Origin: Camelus dromedarius | Taxonomy: Eukaryota | Length of the DNA: 64,000 nt | Direction of reading: 5' to 3' | NCBI RefSeq assembly: GCF_036321535.1 | Contig: NC_087436.1 | Coordinates: forward strand, 19,346,001 to 19,410,000 | Shown here: one piece after another, positions 1 to 12,768 of the stretch | How the letters are laid out: each line of letters opens with the position of its first letter | Position numbering within the stretch: the first letter of the stretch is position 1 | Position numbers and translations under genes: made by a program | The notes under the pieces: model-generated | Told to the model about the DNA's origin: nothing | The model's input: only the letters and a program-made list of their open reading frames with translations | Databases searched by the model: none

Positions 1-59
1 CAACAGTCCCTCTTTGGACCAATAAAATGAGGAATTTTTTTTAACACATTAAATTTGGG

Positions 60-467
60 GGTTTTTTTGTTTCATTATTTTTTATATATATTTTTATTGA
101 AGTATAGTCAGTTTACAATGTTGTGTCAATTTCTAGTGTACAGTACAATGCTTCAGTCATATAGGAACATCCATATATTCGTTTTCATATTCTTTTTCAC
201 CATAGGTTACAAGATATTGAATATAGTTCCCTGTGCCATACTGTATAAACTTGTTTATCTGGTTTATGTATGTAAGTATCTGCAAATCTCGAACTCCCAA
301 TTTGTCCCTTCCCACCTCCTCCCTCACCCCTGTAACCATAAGTTTGTTTTCTATGTCTGTGAATCTTTCTGTTCTGTAAACAAATTCATCTGTCTTTTTT
401 TTTTTTTTTAATTCCACATACAAGTGATAGCATGTGGTATTTTTCTTTCTCTTTCTGGCTTACTTCA
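60..467 (-). mobile_element. L1 3' end (cetartiodactyl/camelid type), 5'-truncated
   Basis: T-rich tail then ttgaagtatagtcagtttacaatgttgtgtcaatttct...gattccacata-like...tctttctggcttacttca, the reverse complement of an L1 3'UTR; the same tail recurs many times in the window. Confidence 0.85.
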
Positions 468-1596
468 ATATTTCAATGTCTCAATAATGTGGATATAAAG
501 TTCACATGTATGAAGCAAAAAGTCCAGAATATCTAACAACCTATGAGCATGTATTCCTTCCACATAAAAGGTTCTGGCAATTCCGTGGGGGGCGGGGAGG
601 GGTAGCTGGGGAGACTATACATTCTAACAAATGTATTTAAAAATCTAAGATGATTATTATATTTTCCTTCCGAAGGGAAAAAATAAATTGTCACCTTTTC
701 AAAATAATCTCTTTGCATGTTTTCTTTAAAATTACAAAACCCCTATATTTAACATTCCGCACACTAGAATTATCTTAAAATATGCATTTTCACCAAATGT
801 ATCGTGAAACATACTAGTAGAGCAGTAAAGAGTGGACTATACAAAAATTGCTTTTAAGGGCTATCCGTCACCCTTCCTGGCAATGCCCGGAAAAAAGAGG
901 AACCCTATCAATCAATAGGTCCTGCATCCCACACAGTGCCAGAAGCACCTTCAAAAACGATTGGGAAAGCCAATAAATCACCTAAGATATTCTCAGATGA
1001 TCAGGCTGGAAAAGGTCTGGGGTCTCTAGCTCATCTGGGAGCATGGCTTACAGACCCAGGGCATCCCCTCTGAGTCTCTGGGGCTTACCTGCTTCCCTCT
1101 GCACCTACCTGATGTTGGCCTGGCTGCTGTCTTGTTTTGGTAATTTTTTACTTCATGAGCAGCCAGTGATGCATTAGGTATTGGATGGGAGAAGTTTAGG
1201 CTAGTTTTGGGGTTCAGATCTCTTATGTATTTATTAAATAAAGCTTGTTAATTGTGTTCTTCAACTCTTATTTGTTTACTAAATTTTTGTTGTTTTTGTC
1301 TCTCAGTCTTTAGGAGAGAGGTGTTGAAATTTCCCATTATAATTGAGCATTTATCAATTTCTCCTATAGTTTCATATATTTTTCTTTACATATTTTGAGG
1401 TCAATTTATTACTACTGAAGAATTGTTATATCTTTCATTATTAAGAAGTGAATATTTTATTATTATGTAATGACATGTCTTGTCCTTAAAAATAATTTTT
1501 AAAATAAAGTCTATTTTGTATGATATTATGGTTACATTTCTTTTGATTACCTTTCTGACTTAAAATTTTATTTTAGTTTTTTTCTATTTCTTTCTT

Positions 1597-1766
1597 CTTT
1601 TTAGAAAGAAATGGAATTTTTTTCTTTTAATTTTTTTTGGAGGGGGGAGGTAATTAGGCCTGTTTGTTTGTTTATTTATTTAGTTAATGGAAGTACTGGG
1701 GATTGAACCCAGGACCTCATGCATGCTAAGCATGTGCTCTACCACTGAGCTATATACCCTCTCCCC
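1597..1766 (-). mobile_element. tRNA-Ala-derived camelid SINE (Vic-1-like)
   Basis: Reverse complement of a tRNA-Ala(AGC)-like head (agctcagtggtagagcacatgcttagcatgcatgaggtcctgggttcaatcccc) plus cctaattacctcccc block; TSD tatttctttctt on both sides. Confidence 0.9.
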
Positions 1767-2812
1767 TTATTTCTTTCTTTTCTCACTTCATTATTTACTC
1801 TGTTTCTATTTTTTTTAGTAGTAAACTTTGAAATTTTACCATGCTTACTTGACAACTTGAAAATGCTCAATCAATATATTAACTCCTTCTTCCAAAAAAA
1901 CATACATGCCTTAGAACAATTTTATTGCCATTGCCCTCTCCCCAAATTATATTGATTTATTTTTGACACAATAACTTTGGCTTCTGTATAGAGAACGGAG
2001 GGTAGGAAGGGCAAACGTGGATGCGATGAAACCACCAGTCAGGAGGCACTGGCCCTGGTCCAGGGAAGCAATGATGGCGGCTTAGATTGATGGATTGGGT
2101 GCAATAAGACAATCAGGTGCAGTTGCTTCCCAGCATAAGATGGAACCAGAGTGCTGTCTCGTACAGTGTAGCTGGCTTCAGTGTGTGTTATAATAAATAA
2201 TAGCTAACATTAATTGAAGGTCTCTATGGGCCAGGGCACTGCAGGAGGACTTAAAATGGATTTCTCCTTTAATCCTCGCAAGAATTCCATAAGATAGATG
2301 TTTTTGCTTCACCCAGAGAGAGACCCAAGTTTGCAGACTAAGTGTTCAGCCACCCTAACACATTAGAAAAGTGAGAAGCCAGACCACAATGTGGACAGCT
2401 GAGCTAAAGGGCTATGACTCGGAACAGGAAGAAAGCCCTCCCTTGAGATTCAGGGATCTAAAATCACCTTGCTTTTGTTTGCTTGTTTCTGTTGTATTTC
2501 AAAGTGAGGTTAAACATCCTTATTTTTCTGTTTTTGTAACAAAGTATGTTATAGAATTAGAATAAATGTGAGAATAAAAACTCCCTTTTTTTTTTGCTGT
2601 GTTAAAATATTTAATTTTTCTATGAATAGACTCCATTGTTGTACAATCATTTAGGGCATCTATTTTGCTCTTCATGCTTACAAATCTAAGTTAATAGCTA
2701 TTGAAAACACTCCTTTGTATTAAGAGGGTGAAAGATCTGAAAGACTGATTGGCTTACATTAAATAGTTTTTTGTCAGTAAATATTATTTAAAAGTGATTT
2801 TAAAAATTTTTA

Positions 2813-2955
2813 GGGGGGCTCAGTGGTAGAGCACATGCTTAGCATGCATGAGGCCCTAGGCTCAATCCCCAGGACCTCCATTAAACAAACAAATAAATAA
2901 ATCTAATTATCTTACCCCCCAAAAAAATGTTTTTAAGAAGATTAAAAAATTGATA
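2813..2955 (+). mobile_element. tRNA-Ala-derived camelid SINE (Vic-1-like)
   Basis: gctcagtggtagagcacatgcttagcatgcatgagg head, aataaataaa, ctaattatcttacccccc, A-rich tail; approximate TSD taaaaatttt(t)ag. Confidence 0.9.
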
Positions 2956-3049
2956 AAAAATTTTAGTCAGGTATTAATTCTGGGTAATGCCAATTTATAA
3001 ACAGGTGGTTTGAAATCTCACTTGTATTTCTATATAAAACAATAATTAC

Positions 3050-3260
3050 AGTCAGCATTTAAAAGTGTCTTCTATGTATTGGGTGCTTTATAAGTGTATG
3101 ATTTTGAAGTCTCCCAGAAAATATTATAGAGTGTGTAAATTACTCCTATTTCACAGACAAGGAAACTGAAGCTGAAAGAAGTTAAGTAACTTGCTGACGA
3201 TCACACAGCTTACACATAGCAGCGCTGGGGTTTTAACCCAGGTCAACTTCAAGTCTTGGC
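3050..3260 (-). mobile_element. MIR SINE
   Basis: Core cctatttcacagacaaggaaactgaagctg...gttaagtaacttgc...cacacagct. Confidence 0.75.
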
Positions 3261-4809
3261 CTCGTTACATCGTTCTCAGTAAGCTTGAAAAGGCTGTTGA
3301 CGTCATAAATGCAGCTTCAGTACTACTCCTAGGGAATCAGAGTTTACTTACTCCCCCTAAACTTTTCCAAACCCTGAGCACTGTTTGAACTTTCAATCTT
3401 TCTCAGTCCAGAGCCCAGTTCCCTGTTAGTTTGGAGCCACCCCCAAACTAGAATTTCTCTCAACCCAGGCATGCTGTAGAACAGGATCAAGGCTGGTGGA
3501 AAATCAGCATCTGGGCAGCTCCCATACCATGCCGTGGGTCAAAAGGAGGCTCCAGTAACAGCTGGGGCATGAAAGCAGTGAGGCCTGGGCCCAGGAGTTT
3601 ATGCACTGAGTGTAGGAAGTGGAGGCAGGAATTCAGGGCAGGCAGACCTGTGGCAGATACCGGCTGGGGAGGGCTCTGTTTACCGGTGGCATAAATGGGA
3701 TGTTAGAGAGACATTCTGTGCCATAGGGATAGCAGTCTTTCTTAGATTCATCTGTATATTTTCCGTTCCTTCTCCCTCCAAAGATATCCTATTGAGAAAT
3801 AAATGTATTTCAGCAAAGAGGAAGATAAATGAATTTTGGTAAAATAATTCAGAACTAGGTATCTCTGCCTCACGTGTCCATCGGATTTTGTTCATATAAT
3901 TTTTGTCGCCTTGGGTAGTACAAAGAGGAAGACAATGTCTGATTTATTTTTGTAATTTCTATAATGATCTAAGCATACTAGGTGTTCAGTAAACATATGA
4001 CAAAGGGAATTGAACGGAATTTTTGCTGACAAACGTGATAACATCAGAAATACATTTTCCTAATGGACTGCACTGAAAAAGTTTGAAGAAGACAGGATTA
4101 CAAAGGTAGACGGCACTGTAAGACATTTGCTAGGCTGTATCTGTTGGGTTTTTACTTTAAGCAAAGTGTTTCCAAGTACTTTTTAAAATCACCATTAATC
4201 TTAGATCTTTCTGCTGAAACATGGATTGTCATTGCCTAAAGAATAATCCAAACTCAATCATGATCCACTGGGCTCCCCAAGGTCTGGTCTCTTACTTAAC
4301 TCTTTAGTCTTTTTTCTCATTGTGATGTCTGCCCCAACCTGTCAAGAGACATCCATGACTTTACTCCTGCCATTCTCTCTCCTGGGAAAGAACCTTTCTA
4401 GATAGTTGAGAACCATTTCCCCTGATCGAAATCTTTGTGCTCCTTCCACACCCTACATTAAGTTCTATAGCATACTTTACCGACCTTGCTGTTTATAAGC
4501 CTATTTCTCTGTACGAGATAAAGAACTTCTTAGGGACACATCTTCTTAAAGATTTGTATTCATAATGCCCTGCATATACAATTCTTTCAGTAAAGATTTA
4601 TTGTTGAATTGTGTGTCAGTAGTTTTTTAAGTAAAAGAGGAAATTATGTTAGCACTGGGAATTAAAAGAACCAGTTGTTCATTTATTTATTGGTTTTGTT
4701 GCTGTCTCAGAAGCAGACTAGATGTGCAAAAGTTTAATATTAAAAACTGGAAGAGTTTGAATATTTTCTTAACATGATACAAAATATTCTATGCCAAACT
4801 AGTGTCTGC

Positions 4810-5105
4810 ATGCTTCATTCATTCACTCTCCAAGAGGGCGTCAGAGAGCACCTGTCCCACATGCTGGGATATTATTGTGAGTGAGATAGACTAGGTTCCT
4901 GCCTACATGGGACTCAATATATAGAAGAATAAATAGGCATGAGATAGATGATCATATGGATTATTATGTCAACTCTTTCATGGATGTGAAGAAGTGGAGA
5001 GTGCTCTGAGAAGCTGTAACAGGAGGACCTAGACTAATCTGGGATCCAGGGAAGGCTTCTCTGAGGGATCCTGAAGATGAGGTCTAAAAGTTGAAAAGAA
5101 AGTGA
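4810..5105 (-). mobile_element. L2 LINE 3' fragment
   Basis: ttcattcattcact tail, then typical L2 reverse sequence (ccagggaaggcttctctgaggg). Confidence 0.6.
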
Positions 5106-5106
5106 G

Positions 5107-5265
5107 GCAAATTTACAACATGGAACAAGCATCTTTTCAACATCTTGGCAAATTGTCCCACTCCTTTCTAAGTACAGACAAGCCTCTAACATTTTATCCT
5201 TTATGTTTTCAATGTCATGAAATATATCTGGGAGTTTTTTTTTTTTTTTTCTGAGAGTATTTAAT
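5107..5265 (-). mobile_element. Tigger (TcMar) transposase C-terminal fragment inserted in L2
   Basis: Minus-strand translation IFHDIENIKDKMLEA...LERSGTICQDVEKML resembles the Tigger transposase C-terminus. Confidence 0.65.
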
Positions 5266-6810
5266 GAAAAAAAAAGTGGGGCATATTCTGGGCAAAAGGA
5301 AGAGCATGTATGAAGAACCACAAGGCAACAAGGATCAAAGTGTCTTCTGTGAACAGAGGGAAGGCAGTGTGGCCTCTCAACATTACTACTAATCAACGAA
5401 AAATGGGTCAAAAAATTTTAAAGATTGATAAGCTTATACTGAATGAAATGTTGGAAAATTAGAAAAACATCCAACGTTGGCAGAAATGTAACAATTTTTC
5501 TGAAGGCACATTAATAATATGTATCAAAATTTGAAATGTATGTAGCTTTTACTATGAAATGATTAGCAATTTAACCAAAGACGAGAACCAATCAAGGGCA
5601 CAAAGACCCAGTTACCCCAGGCCACTCACTCCAATGTTATTTTGATTAGTAAATATTTGGGAACAATTTAAATATTGACCAACAGGGGAATTAGAGGGTT
5701 AAATTACAGAACTAAATGGGCTTTGGAAATGAATCTGTAGAACTATACTTATCATTCAACAAAAAGAAACTTCCACACTATATTTATAATATAATCCCAT
5801 TTTGTGAAAATGTGGTGTGGATTTCCAGTCAAGAGGACACTGAAACTTCAGGATGATCTGAAACAATGGTAAAAGGAGGTCATTCAGTAAGAAAGAAATT
5901 GCATCCAGAGAGGTAGAGAGGGATGTGACAATAACATATAAATTGGTAAAATTAACAATGCGGAAATTTTGTATTCATAAGTAAGAATTAAATTTCAAAC
6001 AACAATAATGGGAAAGGTGACAGAAGGGTTTTTAGGATGTGGTTTAAAGCAGGCCGGTCTTTGTCTTGTGCAGGCAGCGAACAGAGGCAGTGGCTCGCTT
6101 GAGATGACTGGAGAACCTTGTTGCTGAGTGTGCATATGAAAACTTCAAGTGCAAGTACTCCTGTGTAAAGCTACATAGGTCTAGGAAGCAATACCACGTC
6201 AACAAACAAGGGACAGAATAATAGAGAGAGAATGCCACACATCTAAAGCTGAAACATTTACAAAACCATATTATATTGCTTATATGTTCAAAAGATGTAG
6301 TAAAAATATAAAAACACAGATAAGACAATGCATACTAACCACAGATAATGTAACTTCTGGAAGAAAAGGTGAGAAGGAGGAGCATGGGATCATGAAAAGG
6401 TACAAAGTTCACCACAGCACATTTTATTTCCTACAATAAAAATATATATACATGAAGCAAAACAATAAAATGTTAACATTGATTAAATCCTGAGGTGGGT
6501 ACATGGATTTTGCCCTTGCGATCAGTGACCTTCTTGAGCAATAGGATGGTGCTGAGTTGAATGAACTTTATCAAAATTCTGGGTATGTACTTGGCAGTTA
6601 GAGCGAAATGAAACAGAAATGTGATTTAGGGCATCACCAGGTGCTCATTTTGGTGGGGCTGGTGTACTTCAAGCTGTACTTGGCTCTATAGGTCAAGAAA
6701 CAGGATTTTCTTCAGTTTATCCTGATATAAAAATCAGGCTTAAGGTCCCTGAATCACACTAACCAAGCAGAGAAGATGAGCCAATGCATTCATTTAAGAA
6801 ATGTATAACT

Positions 6811-7186
6811 CAATGGAATACTACTCAGCCATAAAAATGATGAAATAATGCCATTGCAGCAACATAGAGGGACCTAGAGATGATCATACTAAGTGAAGTA
6901 AGCCAGACAGAGAAAAATGAATATCATATGGTATCACTTATATGTGGAATCTGAAAAAAAATGGCACAAATGAACTTATTTACAAAACAGAAACAGACTC
7001 ACAGACATGGAAAACAAACTTATGGTTACCAAAGGGGAAGGTGGGCGAGGGATAAATTGGAAGTTCAAGATTTGCAGATACACACTACTATATATACAAT
7101 AGAAAAACAACAAGGACCTTCTGTATAGCACAGGGAACCTTATTCATTATCTTGTAATAACCTATAATGATAAAGAACATTAAAAA

Positions 7187-7238
<52 letters not shown>

Positions 7239-7361
7239 GTATAACTGAATCAAAATGTACACCAGAAACTAACACAACATTGTAAATCAACTATACTTCA
7301 ACAAAAATAAATAAATTTCTAAAAATAATATCAAAAAACTCCCCAAAACAAACAAACAAAA
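6811..7361 (+). mobile_element. L1 3' end, 5'-truncated
   Basis: caatggaatactactcagccataaaa...aaatcaactatacttcaa + A tail; TSD aagaaatgtataact (6796-6810) / aagaaaggtgtaact (7362-7376). Confidence 0.9.
7189..7235. repeat. (AT)n microsatellite within L1 3'UTR
   Basis: 47 nt of uninterrupted alternating AT. Confidence 0.95.
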
Positions 7362-8319
7362 AAGAAAGGTGTAACTATATCAAAGAGGCCAGAAAGTTTG
7401 CTCAGAGAGCCAACTCCAGTTCCACAGTGTTAGCAGTTATAGTCGAAGAGTTTCTATAGCGAGAGCAAAATTGGAGCCAGGGATGTGCCTAATGGTTAGT
7501 GTTATTGAGTTGTGTTGGATTAGCTTATTCATTTCAAGTAGAATTAATTTAATTCAGTAACTGTCTGTCGAGCATCCTCAAAGCCCTGCGAGGAGGGACC
7601 AGCAATTGTGATGGCTCGTTTGTGCAGCCTCTTCTCTGACCACGTGGAGGCGTGATGACAGACACGTCATTTCTGCCTCTCCCCTCTCAGCTTCCTGCTG
7701 CCACACCTCTGATGTCTTTTCCTTGGACCAGCCAGGGGGCAATATGTTACACTTCACAGTCACTTAGATTACTACCACAGCTGGTAATTTTATTCACTAT
7801 GTTGATGCTTACTAGATCTACTCCTTTAAAATAAAATAATTATCATTTTAAAAAGTTAACTTTTTTATCTGTCATACATGCACACAGTATGAAATGCAAC
7901 AATACAAAAGGATGTACTTTAAAATCTCCACTTCCTTTCCACCTCTATCACCTATTTATTTATTTTTTTTCAATCTTCTTATAAATTTCTTCTTTCTGCT
8001 GCCAAAAGCTGGGGAGGTGCTTAGAAAACACGTCCTGGGTTAGGTTCTTCAAATGCACATTCTCCCAGGAGCCCATACTTTCTTTATCACTAGCACATAA
8101 TTTCTTGCTTACTTGCTTAGCTCTATTATATAGACTGCCAGCTTCCTGAAGGATGGGAAATTCTCTGTCATGTTTTATTTCCAGCAACTAGCACAATCAA
8201 TGTGCCTTATTGTACATGGTACACTAGATATTTGTTGAATGAATAAATTTTATCAGTAATTGACATTTACTAAGTGTTTAGATAAATTGGAATAAGATAT
8301 TGTACTAAGATCATTAGTT

Positions 8320-8645
8320 ATGGCAGTAGATGGATATGGGTCATTGCCCCAACCATATTCCCCTTGCCTTTGCTATTTCCACACATACAAGACCAACTTC
8401 CAAATGTATTTCTTTGCCTGAGGGCTTACTCTGACCACCCGAGCCCAAGGTGCAAGGGGATTAATGACCCCGCACCACCACCACCAGCAGCCCTCAACCA
8501 ATGACTGATGGGAGGTGGGGTATAAATACCCAGCTCCTTTGCCCCTAGGGTGGGATAACTCTGAGGAATGTGTGCTACATTTACTTCTAGGATTTCAAAG
8601 CAAGATTAAGCCCCAGTTACCTATAATGGTAACTTGTTTGAGAAT
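8320..8645 (+). mobile_element. LTR16-family (ERVL) solo LTR fragment
   Basis: cagcagccctcaaccaatga...tataaatacccagctcctttgcccct...gggataactctgagg (CCAAT and TATA boxes) typical of LTR16. Confidence 0.7.
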
Positions 8646-9600
8646 GTACCAGCTGACACTGAAATTAACATTGTTGTCTCTAATTGATCTAATTGGATCA
8701 TGTGCCCTTTCTGAACCAATCACTGTCATGGTCTGAAGAGTCAGACTTGGGTCACATGTTTACCTTTGGAATAAATTTCACTTGAATCATAAATACTGAA
8801 AGTGAGAAAGAGAAGAAAATCAAGGCCATTTCTGGAAAGTATTATGATTAGATGTGGAACAGTCAAAGAACATCTATGTTCCATTATAGACCAAGGACTG
8901 AGTTTCACTGAAAAAGAAAAAGATTTTTTTTCATTAAGATTTATAGCTGGTCTGAATTATTTATCAGGCTTTCTAAGGAAAATAATATTTCTCTATTTTA
9001 AACTTTCCCATAGAGCATAAAATGAAAGATTTCTTTTTTAAATAAGATAGATATTTTTCTTTGGTGGGAGCACAGTAACACCCACCCCCAGTTGAGGCCA
9101 TAGGCCAAGCATCTGGCTTTTACAAGCATATTGAAATATTATTCACCTCTGCAAATATAGACAGAATTTTCTGAAACAATATTTTAAGGAGTTTTCATAA
9201 AGAGATAAACATTTTGAGCAGCTGGCCATAGGAAGTTTAAGGTTCAGTAACCCAACATACTTGAAGTTTCTCACATTAAAACACCTAAAACTGAGTTTTT
9301 CTCCCTAAAGTGCCCCTTAGTTTTTTTTTTTTTTTTTTGCTGTCAGTAAATTCCTCAAACCTAAAGGATTAAGTTTCTCACTGAACATTCCTATTCTTTT
9401 ACTCTCCTACATTCTGCAGTCCTAGAAACACTAAATTTCTCATCAATTCAGTAGGCTCAAGTACAAGAATAATAATACACTCCCATGTTCAATGTACAGT
9501 GTAATTAGCTAGGAAATTGCTGGCTCTGTGGAATGAATGGGTAGCTCAATCTTACTTCAAGACAGGTTATTTGATAAGTCACCTCTTAAATCAAGATGCA

Positions 9601-9715
9601 GGGGGGAGTGCATAGCTCCGTGGGAGAGTGCGTGCCTAGCATGCACAAGGTCCTGGGTTCAATTCCCATAGCCTCCAATAAATAAATAAATAAACCTATT
9701 ACCTTCTCCCCCCCA
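9601..9715 (+). mobile_element. tRNA-Ala-derived camelid SINE (Vic-1-like)
   Basis: tRNA-like head, (aata)n, cctattaccttctccccccc; TSD aaatcaagatg(c/t)a at 9588-9600 and 9716-9728. Confidence 0.92.
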
Positions 9716-10582
9716 AAATCAAGATGTAAGGCTTGTCCTCTGAGCACACACTCTAAATGTCTTTCTCTTGAGTAGGACAAGCAAGAAGTCCACCTATAAT
9801 GTCCCTAAGATGCTCAGAGAGGGAGAAAAAGTCACTTACTCTTTCATTGACCCATTTTTTCCTAATAACAGCCCACAGTAGACTATAAAATATCCATGAG
9901 GAAATTGGAGAATTGGTTGAGTGGCCCTTTTTCTCTGTCTTTGGAGAGCAGCTTTAAAGGTGGGGCAAAGGAAACGACTGTCTTAAAGACCATCTCCTTC
10001 CTAGGTCTATATGGATCAAGAGAAAGGTTAGAAAGGAATGACCAGAAAGAAAGGTGAAACCATTCCCTGAAACCTGATGTGACGTAAGATAAAAAACCGC
10101 AAAAACTTTAAGTCAAGGAGAATGGGTAGGGACTCCTTTAGTGAGATGTTTTAGAACACAGAGGAAGAGCAGGGTGAAAAAAGGGAAAATTTCTATCAAA
10201 GCCAATATGTGCACGCAATTTTGCATTTTCCTTAGACACCCATGTAAGGAAACCCTGCTCTTCCTCTCTAGTGCTGGCTTGGACGTTTATGGCCCCAGGG
10301 TGACTGAGTGAAGCACAATTAACACCTGCTCAGTGTAAAGGAGAGTTTCTTTTTTTAACAGGAAGAAAAGACTTTGCGGGGATAGTAATTGCTGGAATGA
10401 ATTTCCACCTTGACATCTGTTCCAGATTCACCAGCAGCTGTTCCTTACCTACTTAGAGGCAGCTGGTGACATGGAAAACACAAGATATTCAAGAGACGGA
10501 GCTAGGAAACCCGAATCTCTCCACGCCACTGTCCCCTCACCCCCAGGCTGAGTTACACGGGGGCACACAGTCACCCTCTCTA

Positions 10583-10752
10583 CAGCAGCGCCCTCAGTTT
10601 TGACTGCACGTTAGAATTACCTGGGAGCTTTAAAATTCCTGTTGTCCAATCTCCACCCTAGACCTTTGAGAATCCCTGAGTGAAAGCCAAGCATTAAGAG
10701 TGTGTGAAGCTCCCACGGTGATTACAATGTGCAGTTAAGGCTGAGACCCACA
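10583..10752. mobile_element. MER5-type hAT-Charlie DNA transposon
   Basis: gactgcacgttagaattacctgggagcttt...aagctcccacggtgattacaatgtgcag, internally inverted structure. Confidence 0.75.
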
Positions 10753-11263
10753 CCTACAGCCCTCCAACTGTGGCTTCATTGTGGTGGCAGTTAGCAAGAA
10801 TGGAGAATGAAGGTAAAAAAGAACAGAGGCGAGAAAGAAGGGGGTTACATTTGTAAAAACTTGATCATTATGTAGAAGATACACACTCTCGGGAAAACAT
10901 TAGAGCTAAGAAATATTAACATTTGGGGAAAAAATAGGAAAAAAAAGGCCTCACACTTGAAAGAAACCAAGATGTGTTTCGACCTTGGACTGAAAGTGTC
11001 TACCATGGATCCAGCCTCTATTCTAAGACCTACAGTGATGAGTACTCAGCACCTTCTTTTGGAAAGGTCTTTATATTATCAACTTAACATTTACCTTCCT
11101 TATAAATTATACCTGTTCCCAGCTCTGCCCTTTAAGACAATTCAGAATAAATCCAATTCTCTTCTATCCAACAGCCCTTTGTACAAAAGACAGCTATCTG
11201 CCACCCCCACACACACCCCCTCTGCATTCCAATTAGTGTTGATATTAAAACATCAACTCACAG

Positions 11264-11491
11264 GATTTTTTTTGTATGTATATATTTTTTATTAAAGTAC
11301 AGTCAGTCTGCAATATGTCAATTTCTGGTGTACAGCATAATGCTTCAGTCATACATGAATACATATATGTATATATTAATTTTCATATTCTTTTTCACCA
11401 TAAGTTACTATAAGATATTGAATATAGCTCCCTGTGCTGTACAGTATGAACTTAATTGTTTGTCTCTTTTATATATATTAGTCAGTGTCTG
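11264..11491 (-). mobile_element. Short L1 3' end
   Basis: ttaaagtacagtcagt...tttctggtgtacagcataatg tail; TSD caactcacag at 11254-11263 and 11492-11501. Confidence 0.85.
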
Positions 11492-11501
11492 CAACTCACA
11501 G

Positions 11502-11690
11502 TGTTAATAAGCCCTTCATGTCCATTATTTGGTTATTTGGTCCCCACCATGTCCCTGCAAAGTAAGCATTACTTTAATATTTACATTTTATAGATCATAC
11601 ATGTGAAATTCAGAGAAGTTAATCACACAAATAAGTGCCAGAGTCACGACTTGAAACCAGGCCATCAGACTCTAGATGTGTGCCCTTTTT
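11502..11690 (-). mobile_element. MIR SINE
   Basis: cattttatagat...cagagaagttaa...gccagagtcacgacttgaaaccagg. Confidence 0.6.
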
Positions 11691-11747
11691 GCCAGATTTG
11701 TTACGGACTCTGATCTTTGGTTAATGCATCTAAGATGCTAATGGCGC

Positions 11748-12151
11748 TTTTTTTCCCCCAGTTTTGTATAGCAGCTTCATTTTGATATAATTCACATACC
11801 ATGAAATTCACCTTTTAAAAATATACAATTCAGTGTTTTTTAGTGTATTCACAGAGTTGTGCAACTCTAACAACAATCTAATTTTAGAACATTTCATCAC
11901 TCCCCAAAGAAACCTTGTGTCCATTAACAGTCACTCTCCATTACCTCTTCCCTCCATCTCCTGAAAAAAATGTGGTTTGTCTGGACAATGGAATATTATT
12001 ATTCAGCAATAAAAGTGCATGAAGTATGGATACATACTCTAACACGCATGAACCTTGAAACATTATGGGAAGTAAAACCAGCCAGTTACAAAAGACCACA
12101 TACCATATGATCCTATTTATATGGAATCCCCAGAATAGGGAAATCCAAAGA
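11748..12151 (-). mobile_element. Old L1 (L1MB-like) 3' end with 5' inversion
   Basis: 11748-11963 is reverse L1MB tail (gatataattcacataccatgaaattcacc); 11964-12151 is the adjacent L1 segment in forward orientation. Confidence 0.75.
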
Positions 12152-12159
12152 TCTGTTAG

Positions 12160-12768
12160 TATTTTTTTAACTGTGGGAAAATACACATAACATAAATGTC
12201 ACCACCCTAACCAGTTTTAAGTGTACAGTTCAGGGTTATTAAGTTCATTCACATTATTGTTCAGTCATTACCACTATCCATCTCCAGAACTTTTTCATTA
12301 TCCCAAAATGAAACCCTGTACTCATTAAACCATAATTCCCATTCTCCCCTCCCCCACGGCCCCTGGCAACCACCTTTCTACATTCTATCTCTATGAATTT
12401 GACTACTCCAGGAACCTCAGGTAAGTGCAGTCATACGGTGTTGGTTCTTTGGTATCGTTGGCTTACTTCATTTGGCATGATGTAGGATTCATCTACGTTG
12501 TAGCATGGGTGAGAATGTCCTTCCTTTTTAAGGCTGATAATATTCCATTGGAACATATATACCACACTTTGTGTATCCATTCATCTGTCAATGGACATTT
12601 GCGTTGCTCCCACCAGCTATTGTGAATAATGCTCTCAGGAGCGTGAGTGCATAGATACCACAAGTGTCTTTGAGATCCTGCTCGCAGTTCTATTGGATAT
12701 ATATCCAGCATGGAATTGCTGGGACATATAGTAATCCGATTTTTGTTTTTTTTAAGGAACCACAGTAC
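12160..12768 (-). mobile_element. Old L1 (L1MB-like) 3' region
   Basis: aaatacacataacataaa...aagtgtacagttcag...ccctggcaaccacc...catggaattgctggg...aggaaccacagtact. Confidence 0.85.

Noticed and set aside
55..423. 118-aa and 88-aa ORFs
   Set aside because: Both lie in L1 3'UTR sequence
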